Positions 39,806-49,284 of a DNA stretch of 64,000 bases are shown in pieces (position 1 is the first letter of the stretch; every line of letters begins with the position of its first letter). The position numbers and the translations under genes are program-made. The notes below the pieces were generated by a model. It was given only the letters and a program-made list of their open reading frames with translations. It was not told the origin of the DNA and searched no databases. This stretch comes from a phage, in assembly GCA_026066175.1 (NCBI GenBank), contig GCA_026066175.1_4721.1; one strand, written 5' to 3'.

Positions 39806-41146
39806 ATGATTAATATTTTTGGTTTTTATACGTACAAAGGGTACGCTAATAACCACCCAAAAACCACGGCGAAATTCGGTGAGTTCAGTCAGCACAGTGC
39901 TACGTTCAGTCGCGAGATCGGCATCTATACCAACACGGCGTACGCACGTACGACCTTATTAGTGTTGAATGCAGAAAACGAAGCTGGTGAGGCACAAACG
40001 CTGGATGACGACACCGCAGGCCGCATTCTTCAGGTTGGTCAATGGTTGCTGGAAAAAGCCTCATCGGGCGAAATCCAGGAAGACAGAGACCAAGTTATCA
40101 GCTACCTAAAAGACGACTTCACAACGTATCTGGATTCTATCGACATCCCAACACCCACCACCGATGGGAAAGTCTATCTACCGGCGTGGATCAGTTTCAA
40201 GATAACAGCCACCGGCGATGTTGTCAAGATTTGGTTGTCTGATAGCGTATTCCAAAGTCAATATCCAAAATACGAATATGAAGTCGTTCCTCCTGTTCCT
40301 AAGGATCAGTTAGATACCTTCTTCGAAGATCTGGCAACATTGAAGAAACTGGTTGACAGTCGAAGCAGCGAGAAACTGACCGAAGAAATCAACGAGGTGC
40401 GCGACCAATTCCCAGACACACAATTGTGGACGAAAACCTATAAAGCGTACGATTACACCGACGATTCGAAATACATTAATACCGATTGGACGGTGATCAT
40501 CTACGGTGCGGCAGGTAACAACATTGATAATATCAAGGAGTTCCTGCAAAACTGGATTCTTAGCAACAGCACGCACGGACGTCCAGACTGGGAAATCGTT
40601 CTGCCGGATCTTTTTATTCCGACGGAACACATCTTCATCCCAATCTGGAACCGCCACAGCGCCCCGGAAATGACCAATCAGGCACGTATCTATAGTCCTA
40701 TCTTCGATGATTCGTTGATGGATACCTACCTGAAAAACTTTGCTGATGGTTACGGTGAAACCACCGAAGTCCGTAAATCGCTTCAAGCTGTGCCGACGTT
40801 GTGGCGCTCGATCGGTTTCTTAAGCGTTGGTAACTCACGTAACCGTGACGGTAAGCTTAAGTTCTACGATCGCTGGCCGCAATACGCACTTATCAGCACA
40901 ACCAGTATCGACATTAACCGTATCGACGATGCGACACGTGAATTCATCACCTTCACTTACGAAATGCTGAAACTGGCAGAATCGCTCACCGAAGACGATC
41001 CAGTACCGTTGGGCTATAGTCGTGTTACGCGTGGCAGCAATAGCTTCTTAGCGAAAAGCCACAACGATGTTCAGTATCTCTTCTTAACAAAAGAAGCGTT
41101 CCTGAAGAAAATGCCGGATGAAGCCGACACACCTGTTGGAGGTTGA
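39806..41146 (+). CDS. hypothetical protein
   Basis: ORF track 39770..41146 trimmed to ATG with GAGGA SD. Confidence 0.6.
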   Translation: MINIFGFYTYKGYANNHPKTTAKFGEFSQHSATFSREIGIYTNTAYARTTLLVLNAENEAGEAQTLDDDTAGRILQVGQWLLEKASSGEIQEDRDQVISYLKDDFTTYLDSIDIPTPTTDGKVYLPAWISFKITATGDVVKIWLSDSVFQSQYPKYEYEVVPPVPKDQLDTFFEDLATLKKLVDSRSSEKLTEEINEVRDQFPDTQLWTKTYKAYDYTDDSKYINTDWTVIIYGAAGNNIDNIKEFLQNWILSNSTHGRPDWEIVLPDLFIPTEHIFIPIWNRHSAPEMTNQARIYSPIFDDSLMDTYLKNFADGYGETTEVRKSLQAVPTLWRSIGFLSVGNSRNRDGKLKFYDRWPQYALISTTSIDINRIDDATREFITFTYEMLKLAESLTEDDPVPLGYSRVTRGSNSFLAKSHNDVQYLFLTKEAFLKKMPDEADTPVGG

Positions 41147-41148
41147 TT

Positions 41149-41775
41149 ATGGCTGTAACACGCATGACGCCAAGTCCCGGCGCGGTCGGGGTATTCACAG
41201 TATCAGCGCCGTTCTCCGTTGGTGCATCAACGTTATATACCGTTACAGCGTTGCGAAGATTCAGCGAAGTCATCGGTAGTGGAATCGATCTATTTACGGA
41301 ACTATACGAACCGTTATCGATAGACAAATCCACTTTCGAAGCGCATCTTGAAGCAAATGCTTATCTCGTCACGTTACAGCCGGATTATGGTGCGCCAGTA
41401 CTGGTACCAGATACGTATATCACGTCGTACCCAAAGAACGATTCCTTACGGTATCGTCGCATTATTCTGGGTATTGATTTCGGGCCTCTTCCTCCCGGTC
41501 TTGACCTTTCGTATTTAACAACGATATTGAAAGGTAAAGCCAGTGATATTCTTGGTGTCGAACCTGAAGTTAAAACGATGGAAATCACTCTCGATGATAC
41601 CGTTACGCAGGAACAACATCAGATAAACGAAGCCCGTCGTCAGGCCGCGATAAAAGAGCGAGATACCATATACGCACGCTGTGAAACGCAAGAGAAGCAG
41701 ATAACGGCTTTGCTTGCAACCCAAAAGCAACTTATCAAATTGCTTCAAGACGCCGGTATCAATCCGACACCTTAA
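41149..41775 (+). CDS. hypothetical protein with C-terminal coiled-coil-like region
   Basis: Start ATG with GGAGG SD immediately after the upstream stop; followed by the hairpin at 41782-41813 and an A16 run. Confidence 0.6.
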   Translation: MAVTRMTPSPGAVGVFTVSAPFSVGASTLYTVTALRRFSEVIGSGIDLFTELYEPLSIDKSTFEAHLEANAYLVTLQPDYGAPVLVPDTYITSYPKNDSLRYRRIILGIDFGPLPPGLDLSYLTTILKGKASDILGVEPEVKTMEITLDDTVTQEQHQINEARRQAAIKERDTIYARCETQEKQITALLATQKQLIKLLQDAGINPTP

Positions 41776-41781
41776 CATATT

Positions 41782-41813
41782 CCCTCCTCCTTCCCTTACG
41801 GGTTGGAGGAGGG
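41782..41813. terminator. GC-rich hairpin (CCCTCCTCC-TTCCCTTACGGGTT-GGAGGAGGG) followed by A16
   Basis: Perfect 9-bp arms; the inner loop can itself form CCC/GGG around a UUAC (GUAA on the opposite strand) tetraloop; between convergent genes. Confidence 0.6.
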
Positions 41814-41888
41814 CTATGCCGTAAAGCAAAAAAAAAAAAAAAATGATAGTCACGAGCCCTCCAATGAAGGAGAGCCGTGACCGTCAGT

Positions 41889-42590
41889 TTAGGATGCGGA
41901 TAATCTAGCGTACTTTTGTCGAATATGGTTCTTACGGCGAACTTCGTCATCCTCGTCGCGCCATTCGAGGTAAGCTACGAATCGCCGTAACTGCGCTGCA
42001 GTCATTGTTGCTGACAGATCTTCTATTTCTAAAACAACATAGTGAACTTCGCCGACACCATCGCAGTCAGTATAACGGAATACCAAAAGATCCTTATCAT
42101 ATTCCGTGATAATAACCTTGAATCGTTTCTCGAACAAATAAAACAGTTCCGATTCGATAATCATCGGGATAACACAATTATCGTCACGTTCAATGATTTT
42201 CATCATCACACGTAACGCACGAAGCGTGTGATGGGCGAACGAACCATTAAATCGTTGATTCATTGCTTGTCCCACATCAACGATCTTTGTTCCTGGCCAG
42301 GGACGGATTACTGATTTCGGTGGTGTAAGACGGCAGCGGTACGCTTGTATAAACAACAGAATATCGGCGACATTAGGAAATTCTTCCTGGTCTTTGTACA
42401 GCTTACGGATAATATCCGGGATCGTAGTCAACAAATATTTCCTATCGCCTCCCACTTTCTCGAGATTAGCGATATGCCCTTCTACCACCGGCTGGTAAAC
42501 GAAATTATACCAGTGGTGGTATTTTGCAACGTGTTGGTATTTCGGGATGAAATTAAGAACAGCGTTCACTGCGCGTTTTAATGGGTTCAT
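41889..42590 (-). CDS. hypothetical protein
   Basis: 233 aa ORF. Confidence 0.6.
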   Translation of the reverse strand: MNPLKRAVNAVLNFIPKYQHVAKYHHWYNFVYQPVVEGHIANLEKVGGDRKYLLTTIPDIIRKLYKDQEEFPNVADILLFIQAYRCRLTPPKSVIRPWPGTKIVDVGQAMNQRFNGSFAHHTLRALRVMMKIIERDDNCVIPMIIESELFYLFEKRFKVIITEYDKDLLVFRYTDCDGVGEVHYVVLEIEDLSATMTAAQLRRFVAYLEWRDEDDEVRRKNHIRQKYARLSAS

Positions 42591-42604
42591 CAGAAGAATC
42601 CTTC

Positions 42605-43039
42605 TTATGTTTTAATATGCACATCGTCAATCCCCTCGGTAATCCAGCCGATGGGAAGGACAATCGTTGTTATCGTGTTATGTGTGTAAGGATTAAGAAA
42701 ATGGAAATAGTAATTTGTGTTAGATTGTTCGATGCGTAGGTCGAGCTGTGCGTCTTCAGGTAACCGTAACCAGGCACCGTACAGTTCATTAAACTTACGC
42801 TGAATTTTACCTGGGTTCATTGGAACCCCACGACCACGTTGATGTAGCTGACGTAATGATTCAATCAAACACTCAGAGATACCCGTTGTCGTTCCGTTAT
42901 CGCTTGTATCGACAACGATGAACTCTCGTGACCCACGACCAAGATAAAAACCAGCAACAAAAGCTGCAGCAACAAAAAATATCGTACCGATACCAATATA
43001 CCAATAGTAAGTATCCATAACGGCCTCACTTATACCCAA
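42605..43039 (-). CDS. small membrane protein (one N-terminal TM helix)
   Basis: 144 aa ORF; hydrophobic stretch IGIGTIFFVAAAFVAGFYL. Confidence 0.55.
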   Translation of the reverse strand: MGISEAVMDTYYWYIGIGTIFFVAAAFVAGFYLGRGSREFIVVDTSDNGTTTGISECLIESLRQLHQRGRGVPMNPGKIQRKFNELYGAWLRLPEDAQLDLRIEQSNTNYYFHFLNPYTHNTITTIVLPIGWITEGIDDVHIKT

Positions 43040-43557
43040 TAGTCGGCAAGCGGTTTCACCTTATTAACGGGTAATTGTACTTTACCGATATTCTCTACAT
43101 CTGCATCCGCGTAGAGAACAATTTTATCATTGTCTCTTTCCCAACGAATAATAAATCGACCAGGAAGAAGATTACCCTGTTCAAGAGACGCAGTAACCTG
43201 CTGCGTTAACACCGACAACCAAGCAGGCATCAGTGTTGCAATATCTAAGTCATTTGACCATTCAGCACGTTGCTCCACAGGGCGTAACATCCGTTGGATG
43301 GTGCGTTGAACCGTCGCAGTGATATAGCCTTTATCTTCATCACTGATCGGATCCGGACGAGACACAAAACGTTCAGTAGGCTTGTGGGTAATATGTTCAT
43401 GCAATTCGATGAGTGGTGTTGTCATAGTACTCGCTCCGTCAGAATGTAATTGGGTAACCCGCAGGGTTGTCTGCATGGTATTCAGAAGCGCAAAAGCGCC
43501 ATAAACAACAACGACACTAAGTACAACCAAAACAGAAATCATTAACGTATATTGCAT
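43030..43557 (-). CDS. small membrane protein (one N-terminal TM helix)
   Basis: ORF track 43030..43605 trimmed to ATG (MQYTLMISVLVVLSVVVVYGAFALL) with GAGGAGA SD. Confidence 0.55.
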   Translation of the reverse strand: MQYTLMISVLVVLSVVVVYGAFALLNTMQTTLRVTQLHSDGASTMTTPLIELHEHITHKPTERFVSRPDPISDEDKGYITATVQRTIQRMLRPVEQRAEWSNDLDIATLMPAWLSVLTQQVTASLEQGNLLPGRFIIRWERDNDKIVLYADADVENIGKVQLPVNKVKPLADYWV

Positions 43558-43625
43558 TGATATCTCCTCTTCATACGCATCTTGAAGATTAGTTAAAATC
43601 AACAAAAGAAAAAACGATATAAAGC

Positions 43626-43651
43626 AAGGTCCTCTGATATCAGAGGACCTT
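43626..43651. promoter_or_regulatory. perfect 26-bp palindrome AAGGTCCTCTGATATCAGAGGACCTT
   Basis: Read directly; lies between two membrane-protein genes of the same operon; could be an RNA hairpin (processing site or attenuator) or a dimeric protein-binding site. Confidence 0.4.
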
Positions 43652-43658
43652 GGATCAA

Positions 43659-44315
43659 TTAGCTTGCAGCTTCTTCATTTGTTTCAGGTTTGCTTCCCCC
43701 TAACAAACCGTCAAACAGACCCGTATGTTTCAGGTAGAAGAGAGCGATAGCGCCCATTGCTGCTGCGCTCGTCGCCGTTAATGCAACCCCTGCACGATAC
43801 TGCCATTTACGGTCAGGCTTTTGATCAAGCGCCATACGACGCATGTATTCAGCCTCTGCTTCATTCCGATGAATTTCGGATTCGGCCAAGCGGGCTAAGG
43901 TATCGCGGTCAAGGTTATCATAACGTGCGTTCATGGTGGTTTCCTCTTGTTTGGAAGTTGATTGCTTGGTAGATTCTTGGTCAACAGTCGTTTCGGTTGG
44001 TTCAAACGGCTGGTTGTTCATTTTCTGATCTTTATTGGACATGATAGGCTCCTTCGATTTTTGAGACGAAATTGATTTAAACCATCGTGGATGGCGGTAT
44101 TCGGTTTTACATGTACAGTTAAGTTTCTCATGCAGGAAGGCGTAAAAACGTTTCGCACCTACACGTAAGGCTTTCAGCATTACCCATCCACGAGCACTCA
44201 AACGGTGTAGCTGTTGCGGTATGTCGAGTTTCCTAGCCAAGCGAAAGTATCTCTCAATCACTTCGATAGGAAACCATTGTTGTTCCACATCGGTGAGACT
44301 GAAAGTCTTATCCAT
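43659..44315 (-). CDS. membrane-anchored protein (C-terminal TM helix)
   Basis: 218 aa ORF; C-terminal GVALTATSAAAMGAIALFYL hydrophobic helix; first gene after the motif at 44346-44357. Confidence 0.55.
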   Translation of the reverse strand: MDKTFSLTDVEQQWFPIEVIERYFRLARKLDIPQQLHRLSARGWVMLKALRVGAKRFYAFLHEKLNCTCKTEYRHPRWFKSISSQKSKEPIMSNKDQKMNNQPFEPTETTVDQESTKQSTSKQEETTMNARYDNLDRDTLARLAESEIHRNEAEAEYMRRMALDQKPDRKWQYRAGVALTATSAAAMGAIALFYLKHTGLFDGLLGGSKPETNEEAAS

Positions 44316-44345
44316 GAATGAAATCTCGCTGGCTTACTTCACTTA

Positions 44346-44357
44346 AGTAATATAGCC
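44346..44357 (-). promoter_or_regulatory. candidate early promoter motif (GGCTATATTACT on the transcribed strand)
   Basis: Plus-strand TAAGTAATATAGCCGTGAAA, ~30 nt upstream of the start at 44315; the same 20-mer recurs at 59607-59626. Confidence 0.45.
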
Positions 44358-44465
44358 GTGAAAAATGATGGAATAAGTTAAATACGACAACCGCAACTAA
44401 TTTTATAGGCTTTTAGCCTAAACCAATCATCTTCGGAATCATCATCTTTGAAACAGGAATCTATC

Positions 44466-45287
44466 ATGGAAAAAGTATTTGTTTGTAAGTTGTTTACCAA
44501 CGGCAATAGCCAACCAATGTATCTGACCGATCCTGTTCTAGGTAATCGGAACAGTACCGTATTCAAAGAAGCTTTCGAATACGCTAAAAATAAAGCCGTG
44601 AGAACACTGACGTCCGATGACTGTATCAACGGTATCACGTGGGCAGAGTTATTCGGTGATGCTGTTAGACACTTCGTTCAGGACGCAAGAAAACAGGAAA
44701 TCAGTCTCACGACTATCGTTGTGCGCGAAAACGCAGAAATTTTATCAAACGTTTTAGTTGATTTTAATGACGTTTGCGTGTTTAATCCAGAGAACACGTT
44801 TGAACAATATCTTACTACCCTGAACAACCAGCTCGGTAAAGATATTCATCCCGAATTCGCCAAGTTAACGTATCAAGTGCTTTTTAACGACGTCGATCCA
44901 AACACAAAGATCAACACCAGCTTATCGTCCCTGGTAAAGAAATACGGATCGGTTCTTGCTACGGCAACACCCACCACCGATGGCGGTTATGATATCGAAT
45001 TGGATGGTCCATTAAAAGAACAAGAACCTACTGGGATTCGGGCGGTACATCACAACCTCGTCGTTAAATCTGATGGATGCGATGAACATTACGCTATGAT
45101 AAACGATGAAAACAATTACCGTTTAAGTCAAGCGATTGGTGTTCTACGCTATACCGAACCCACTGTTGTAGACGATTATACATCGACAACAACACACACC
45201 ACGTGTTTCATTTTCATCTATCCCAATGAAAGTGTATACATTACCGACTGCTATGGCAATACCGTAGATAGCTTACGTCGTTATTAA
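44466..45287 (+). CDS. hypothetical protein
   Basis: ORF track 44448..45287 (TTG start) trimmed to ATG with AGGAA SD. Confidence 0.6.
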   Translation: MEKVFVCKLFTNGNSQPMYLTDPVLGNRNSTVFKEAFEYAKNKAVRTLTSDDCINGITWAELFGDAVRHFVQDARKQEISLTTIVVRENAEILSNVLVDFNDVCVFNPENTFEQYLTTLNNQLGKDIHPEFAKLTYQVLFNDVDPNTKINTSLSSLVKKYGSVLATATPTTDGGYDIELDGPLKEQEPTGIRAVHHNLVVKSDGCDEHYAMINDENNYRLSQAIGVLRYTEPTVVDDYTSTTTHTTCFIFIYPNESVYITDCYGNTVDSLRRY

Positions 45288-45292
45288 TCATC

Positions 45293-45320
45293 AAGCCTGT
45301 CCTTCGGGGCAGGCTTTTAT
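45293..45320 (+). terminator. intrinsic terminator (AAGCCTGTCC-TTCG-GGGCAGGCTT + TTTT)
   Basis: Classic stem-loop plus T-tract 5 nt after the stop of 44466..45287. Confidence 0.65.
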
Positions 45321-45395
45321 GCCGTTAAATAACTGGAATAAGAATTAACAAAATAGGAAAATGGTGTGAATATAACACAAAGGAGGGAGATGATT

Positions 45396-45512
45396 ATGTT
45401 ACTCATTCTAATGGAGAGAGCATTGCTGGCGGGTATCTGCGCATTCTCTGTTAAACACGCTGTTGCTATCATGGCTGAAGAAAGGCGTAATACGCATAAT
45501 GTATTACGCTGA
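45396..45512 (+). CDS. possible small hydrophobic protein (38 aa, MLLILMERALLAGICAFSVKHAVAIMAEERRNTHNVLR)
   Basis: Found by manual translation; AAAGGAGGG SD 7-9 nt upstream of the ATG; below the ORF-track size cutoff. Confidence 0.3.
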   Translation: MLLILMERALLAGICAFSVKHAVAIMAEERRNTHNVLR

Positions 45513-45621
45513 AAACACTGTGTGCATTAGTGTATGACGAGAAATCGTCGAGGCCCCCGTCTTCACGAGGGCCAACACCTATGCATGATTATCCACCGTC
45601 TGTTAAACAAAGGTTATAAAC

Positions 45622-45930
45622 ATGAGCAATTTGAACGTTGAGTTTACTTCAACAACGCCTGTCATGAATGGTGTTGGCACTGAAACCAAAATCGTATTAG
45701 AACCCATTCCAGGGTTACGCGATCTCGGTGATTTTTATCCACTGATGCCGCGTATACGGAAGGCCTTAAACAGTATCGATCTTGATTCCAATAAAGATTT
45801 CCAACACGATACAGAAAATACCGATCATGTATTGCTGCCATCAGGGATCGCAAAATTCACCTACACGCAAACATTGAAAGCCTCTGATGGTGAAATCCGT
45901 CGTTTTATCGTTGAAGTAGAAAGCGCATAA
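45622..45930 (+). CDS. hypothetical protein (102 aa)
   Basis: ORF with AAAGG SD, followed by the hairpin at 45935-45966. Confidence 0.55.
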   Translation: MSNLNVEFTSTTPVMNGVGTETKIVLEPIPGLRDLGDFYPLMPRIRKALNSIDLDSNKDFQHDTENTDHVLLPSGIAKFTYTQTLKASDGEIRRFIVEVESA

Positions 45931-45934
45931 AAAC

Positions 45935-45966
45935 CATCCTCCCAACCCGTAAGGGAAGGGAGGATG
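45935..45966. terminator. GC-rich hairpin (CATCCTCCC-AACCCGTAAGGGAA-GGGAGGATG)
   Basis: 9-bp arms; the loop is the reverse complement of the loop at 41791-41804; between convergent genes. Confidence 0.55.
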
Positions 45967-45983
45967 AAATATGCCGTTAAACG

Positions 45984-46613
45984 TTATTCAACAAACCCTG
46001 CGTTCAACAGATTGTCGTAAACACGATTAGCGACATCAACAGGAGAATGTGTGTTACTGGTATCTATACGCAGCGTTTTCGCGTCGCCGAGATAGTCCAT
46101 AAAATCCATGTAACGATAACGTCGTTTATTGAATGTCGCTTCATCGATGTTATCAAACATCTGATGTTTAGCGTGACGAACACGGAACCGTCTTAAATAC
46201 GTAGGATAGTCAATATCCAGATAAACATAGTAAGATGGCATGATAATCGACGGTAGGTTCGGCAACAATGCGTCAAACAACTTAACGTTAGCGTCATTAA
46301 CCTGATAAACATACGTCGAAGCAATCGAACGATCGCTAAGCACGGTCTTCCCTTCGTTAAGGGCTGGATGAATCACCTTGTTGAAGAGATGATTACGTTG
46401 CGACATCATCGCCAACAGTTCAGTTTCTGGATCGAATCTGTTCGTTGGTGTCTGATCTTCCAGGATAAGTTTACGAATGGCTTCTCCGTAGAGCGTACCA
46501 CCGGGTTCACGTACAACACAGACGTTGTTTAAACGACTGTGTAAAGACGAGATAACCGAACTCTTTCCTGAATAATCCAAGCCTTCAATAACGATATATT
46601 TATTACGAGACAT
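45984..46613 (-). CDS. tmk: thymidylate kinase (dTMP kinase)
   Basis: P-loop IVIEGLDYSGKSS (cf. Tmk IVIEGLEGAGKTT), REPGGT lid-like motif and LSDRSIASTYVYQ (DRY/DRH-type motif); start trimmed to ATG (MSRNKY...). Confidence 0.75.
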   Translation of the reverse strand: MSRNKYIVIEGLDYSGKSSVISSLHSRLNNVCVVREPGGTLYGEAIRKLILEDQTPTNRFDPETELLAMMSQRNHLFNKVIHPALNEGKTVLSDRSIASTYVYQVNDANVKLFDALLPNLPSIIMPSYYVYLDIDYPTYLRRFRVRHAKHQMFDNIDEATFNKRRYRYMDFMDYLGDAKTLRIDTSNTHSPVDVANRVYDNLLNAGFVE

Positions 46614-46629
46614 TCCCCGCTCCAATTAA

Positions 46630-47805
46630 CTACTTCGTTTTCGCCGTTATCGGCTGCGATACTGTAATCTCGACCCGATCGACATCGGTACGTTTAACGA
46701 TGATAAGGCTGCGTCCATCACCAAATGGTTCTGAAACCTTACAAGCCTCTTTAAGATTTTCGAGAATCTTGCCATATGGTTCAAACACCGCAAAACCGGA
46801 ACTAGCGTCGATTCTTATTAGACTTACACGCGTACCGTTTACGGTAATGGTGTCATCCGTCTTGAATTCACAACAGGAGGGTAGACGGAACTGGCCGGGA
46901 ATACCGGCTACGTATGCCTCACCACCGAACATTTCTATTAATGTCACCGGTTTGAATGCTTTCTCTGGGAAAGCACTATTAAGGGTATCGTTTCCATTCA
47001 CAAACCAGATCGTTACTTTATCTTCGGAATACGCTAGACGGTACGGTTGGGTTGCGGACGCTTGCGCTTTATGCTGGTTGAATAACTTTGATTTTGTCGC
47101 AATTACAGCACGACCTTGGGCATCAAAGTACAGAACTTCATACCCAACACATCCGATAAACACGCGACGGTTATTAAGTTCCGGAATTCTGACTACTAAT
47201 GCATTACCATCTTCCGTCGGTGTAATACCACGTAGAATAATCGATTCGTTATTCAATACTGAGTTGTCCACGACGATGCTTCGCATTACCGCTGGGGTTA
47301 CTGTTTTATCTGCGGTAGGTTCAGGTTGCTCAGCAATGCGGTCAAAAGGTTCGATGGATACCATGGGAACGAAGTATTCAACTATATGCTTGTTTGCAGC
47401 ACCGACGTCCATGACGGTGATCTGCAAACGCGTAGCATCCGAATTCAATGCTTGTTTCACACGTTCTGCATTAGGAGTATCACGGTCAATATGAATCAAG
47501 GCTTTTACCACACCGTCGTCTTCCAACCATCCCGTTAAAACGCGACCGACGATATCGTTCACGTCACGAATCGGGAAGCACAGTTCAGCGCCATCGAGCA
47601 CCGCTTCGATTTTACTGCTAATGACGGGCACCTTACCGTCGTTAAGATGCGCCAGCAGACCGGTTACTGCACCTTCACTAACCGGATGTTTTGTCGTCGT
47701 ACTGACCAACGGTACGATAAAACGATCTTCGCTGTATTTCTCTGCACCACAGATAACCGGGACTTGAGGACAATAATCAACCAGGCCCCATTCAACAGTA
47801 TTCAT
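46630..47805 (-). CDS. hypothetical protein
   Basis: ORF track 46630..47883 trimmed to ATG (MNTVEWG...) with AAGGAA SD, which removes the overlap with the upstream gene. Confidence 0.55.
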   Translation of the reverse strand: MNTVEWGLVDYCPQVPVICGAEKYSEDRFIVPLVSTTTKHPVSEGAVTGLLAHLNDGKVPVISSKIEAVLDGAELCFPIRDVNDIVGRVLTGWLEDDGVVKALIHIDRDTPNAERVKQALNSDATRLQITVMDVGAANKHIVEYFVPMVSIEPFDRIAEQPEPTADKTVTPAVMRSIVVDNSVLNNESIILRGITPTEDGNALVVRIPELNNRRVFIGCVGYEVLYFDAQGRAVIATKSKLFNQHKAQASATQPYRLAYSEDKVTIWFVNGNDTLNSAFPEKAFKPVTLIEMFGGEAYVAGIPGQFRLPSCCEFKTDDTITVNGTRVSLIRIDASSGFAVFEPYGKILENLKEACKVSEPFGDGRSLIIVKRTDVDRVEITVSQPITAKTK

Positions 47806-47839
47806 AACGTTTTTTCCTTCTTGGGTTTTGTACGAGTTG

Positions 47840-48454
47840 CTAACGGCGTTTTGTACCGACCTTCCCGTTTCGATGGTCATCAAGAATACGCCATTCTTCG
47901 AACAGGAGTTCAGCTGCGAAATAACCGACGGCGATGCTGTCTATTGCATGCTCATCAAGATTCGCTAACACAACACCGTTCCTAGGTGTGATGTTCATGA
48001 GGTTCAACACTTTCTGGCGAACATCATCCTTACCGACACGGGACGTCATAATCCCAACAGCGCGTTTTGCGCTTCGGTTATCAACCCCTAAGAAAGACAC
48101 CGTAGGGTCAAAATCGATAACCGTCGTCTGAATCGCTGAAAACAGCTCACTGAGCGCCATACCGCTTTGCTTGAAACGACCGATGAATGGCGTCTCACAA
48201 GCGACCGCTTGCGGCCGGTACTCTTGCAATAACGTTGTCAGCGAACGACGGTGTTCTTGGATACGTGCGGCACGATTACCGTATCCAAGCGCAATATCAC
48301 CATCGGGATCATATCGACGTGAAGCGTGCCATGTCCCCGCATACAGCAGTTCAATATCTTCGACACGCACGTCCAAACGTAGTAACGACGCACCGAGCGT
48401 ATCGGTGCCAGGGTCGATTGCCAGAATATCGTAAGCGTATTCTGGTGGGATCAT
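47840..48454 (-). CDS. RuvC-like Holliday junction resolvase
   Basis: YDILAIDPGTDTLGASLL (RuvC motif I, cf. ILGIDPGSRVTGYGV), AVACETPF (Glu) and LDEHAIDSIAVG (cf. DAADALAIA); start ATG overlaps the upstream stop (ATGA). Confidence 0.7.
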   Translation of the reverse strand: MIPPEYAYDILAIDPGTDTLGASLLRLDVRVEDIELLYAGTWHASRRYDPDGDIALGYGNRAARIQEHRRSLTTLLQEYRPQAVACETPFIGRFKQSGMALSELFSAIQTTVIDFDPTVSFLGVDNRSAKRAVGIMTSRVGKDDVRQKVLNLMNITPRNGVVLANLDEHAIDSIAVGYFAAELLFEEWRILDDHRNGKVGTKRR

Positions 48455-49266
48455 GGTGTTACAACAGCCTCTACTGACCATGGGAAGGTTTTCGCAATAA
48501 CACCTTCCAGGAAGCGTTCAACTTCCGATTGCTCATACACCGAAAGCTTTTCAAACGGCGTTTGGTCTTCGGTTAAACCCACCGCGTGAATAGGACCCAG
48601 GTCTTTAACCAGAGTAACTTCGCCTTTAACGCCTTCGCGTTTAACGATGATCGCATGATCATTAACCTTAGGATCATACAGCACACGCATCATGGTTACC
48701 GCGTCATCCGGTTCATGACCGAAATCGATGGCAACACGAGCATTCGTCCCTTCTTCGTCCAGAAGCTTGCTTAGCGCTTTACAACGGTCTTCAATCCAAT
48801 CCAACGCGACCACGGTTTCTTGGCGTAGCTGAACCTCAACCTCTTTTCCTTGTTCGTCGATACGTTTCACGGTAACAAAATCATGCAATAAACGGTCAGG
48901 GAGGAGAGAAGCAATAAGTTCAACGTTGGGTTCAGGTTTTTCGTTTTCCAGAATGATGGTCGCTTGTGCGTCCAGATGTTCTTTAAAACGGATGTAACGT
49001 GTTAATCGCAGAACTTCATCTTGGGATTTTGCGTCTTCGGGAATAATCTCCGTCATGACGTTATAAATCTTTTCAGCGAACGTCGGAATTACGGTGATTG
49101 TAATTCGTGCTGGTGTACCACGCTCCTGGTACTCATCGGCTAACTTCTTCGCCATCCCGTTAAAATAAGTCTGGAGAAACGGTTGCTGCGTTAAAAACAT
49201 TTTCTCCAGATCGGAATAGCGATGCTTGCGTGCATGGCCTAGCTTCTTCATGGGTTTTTTCATCAA
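48451..49266 (-). CDS. hypothetical protein, translationally coupled to the RuvC-like gene
   Basis: 271 aa ORF between the SbcC-like and RuvC-like genes; no Mre11/SbcD phosphoesterase motifs seen. Confidence 0.6.
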   Translation of the reverse strand: MMKKPMKKLGHARKHRYSDLEKMFLTQQPFLQTYFNGMAKKLADEYQERGTPARITITVIPTFAEKIYNVMTEIIPEDAKSQDEVLRLTRYIRFKEHLDAQATIILENEKPEPNVELIASLLPDRLLHDFVTVKRIDEQGKEVEVQLRQETVVALDWIEDRCKALSKLLDEEGTNARVAIDFGHEPDDAVTMMRVLYDPKVNDHAIIVKREGVKGEVTLVKDLGPIHAVGLTEDQTPFEKLSVYEQSEVERFLEGVIAKTFPWSVEAVVTP

Positions 49267-49284
49267 CAGAAATCCTTATTTGTC

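Noticed and set aside
39752-39895. N-terminal extension of ORF 39200..39895 (first 48 codons)
   Set aside because: The extension is the antisense of the start of the divergent gene 39806..41146; a downstream ATG with AAGGA SD gives a sensible membrane-protein start.
44378-44638. Track ORF (86 aa, minus strand)
   Set aside because: Antisense to the start of gene 44466..45287 and overlaps the candidate promoter region; no SD.
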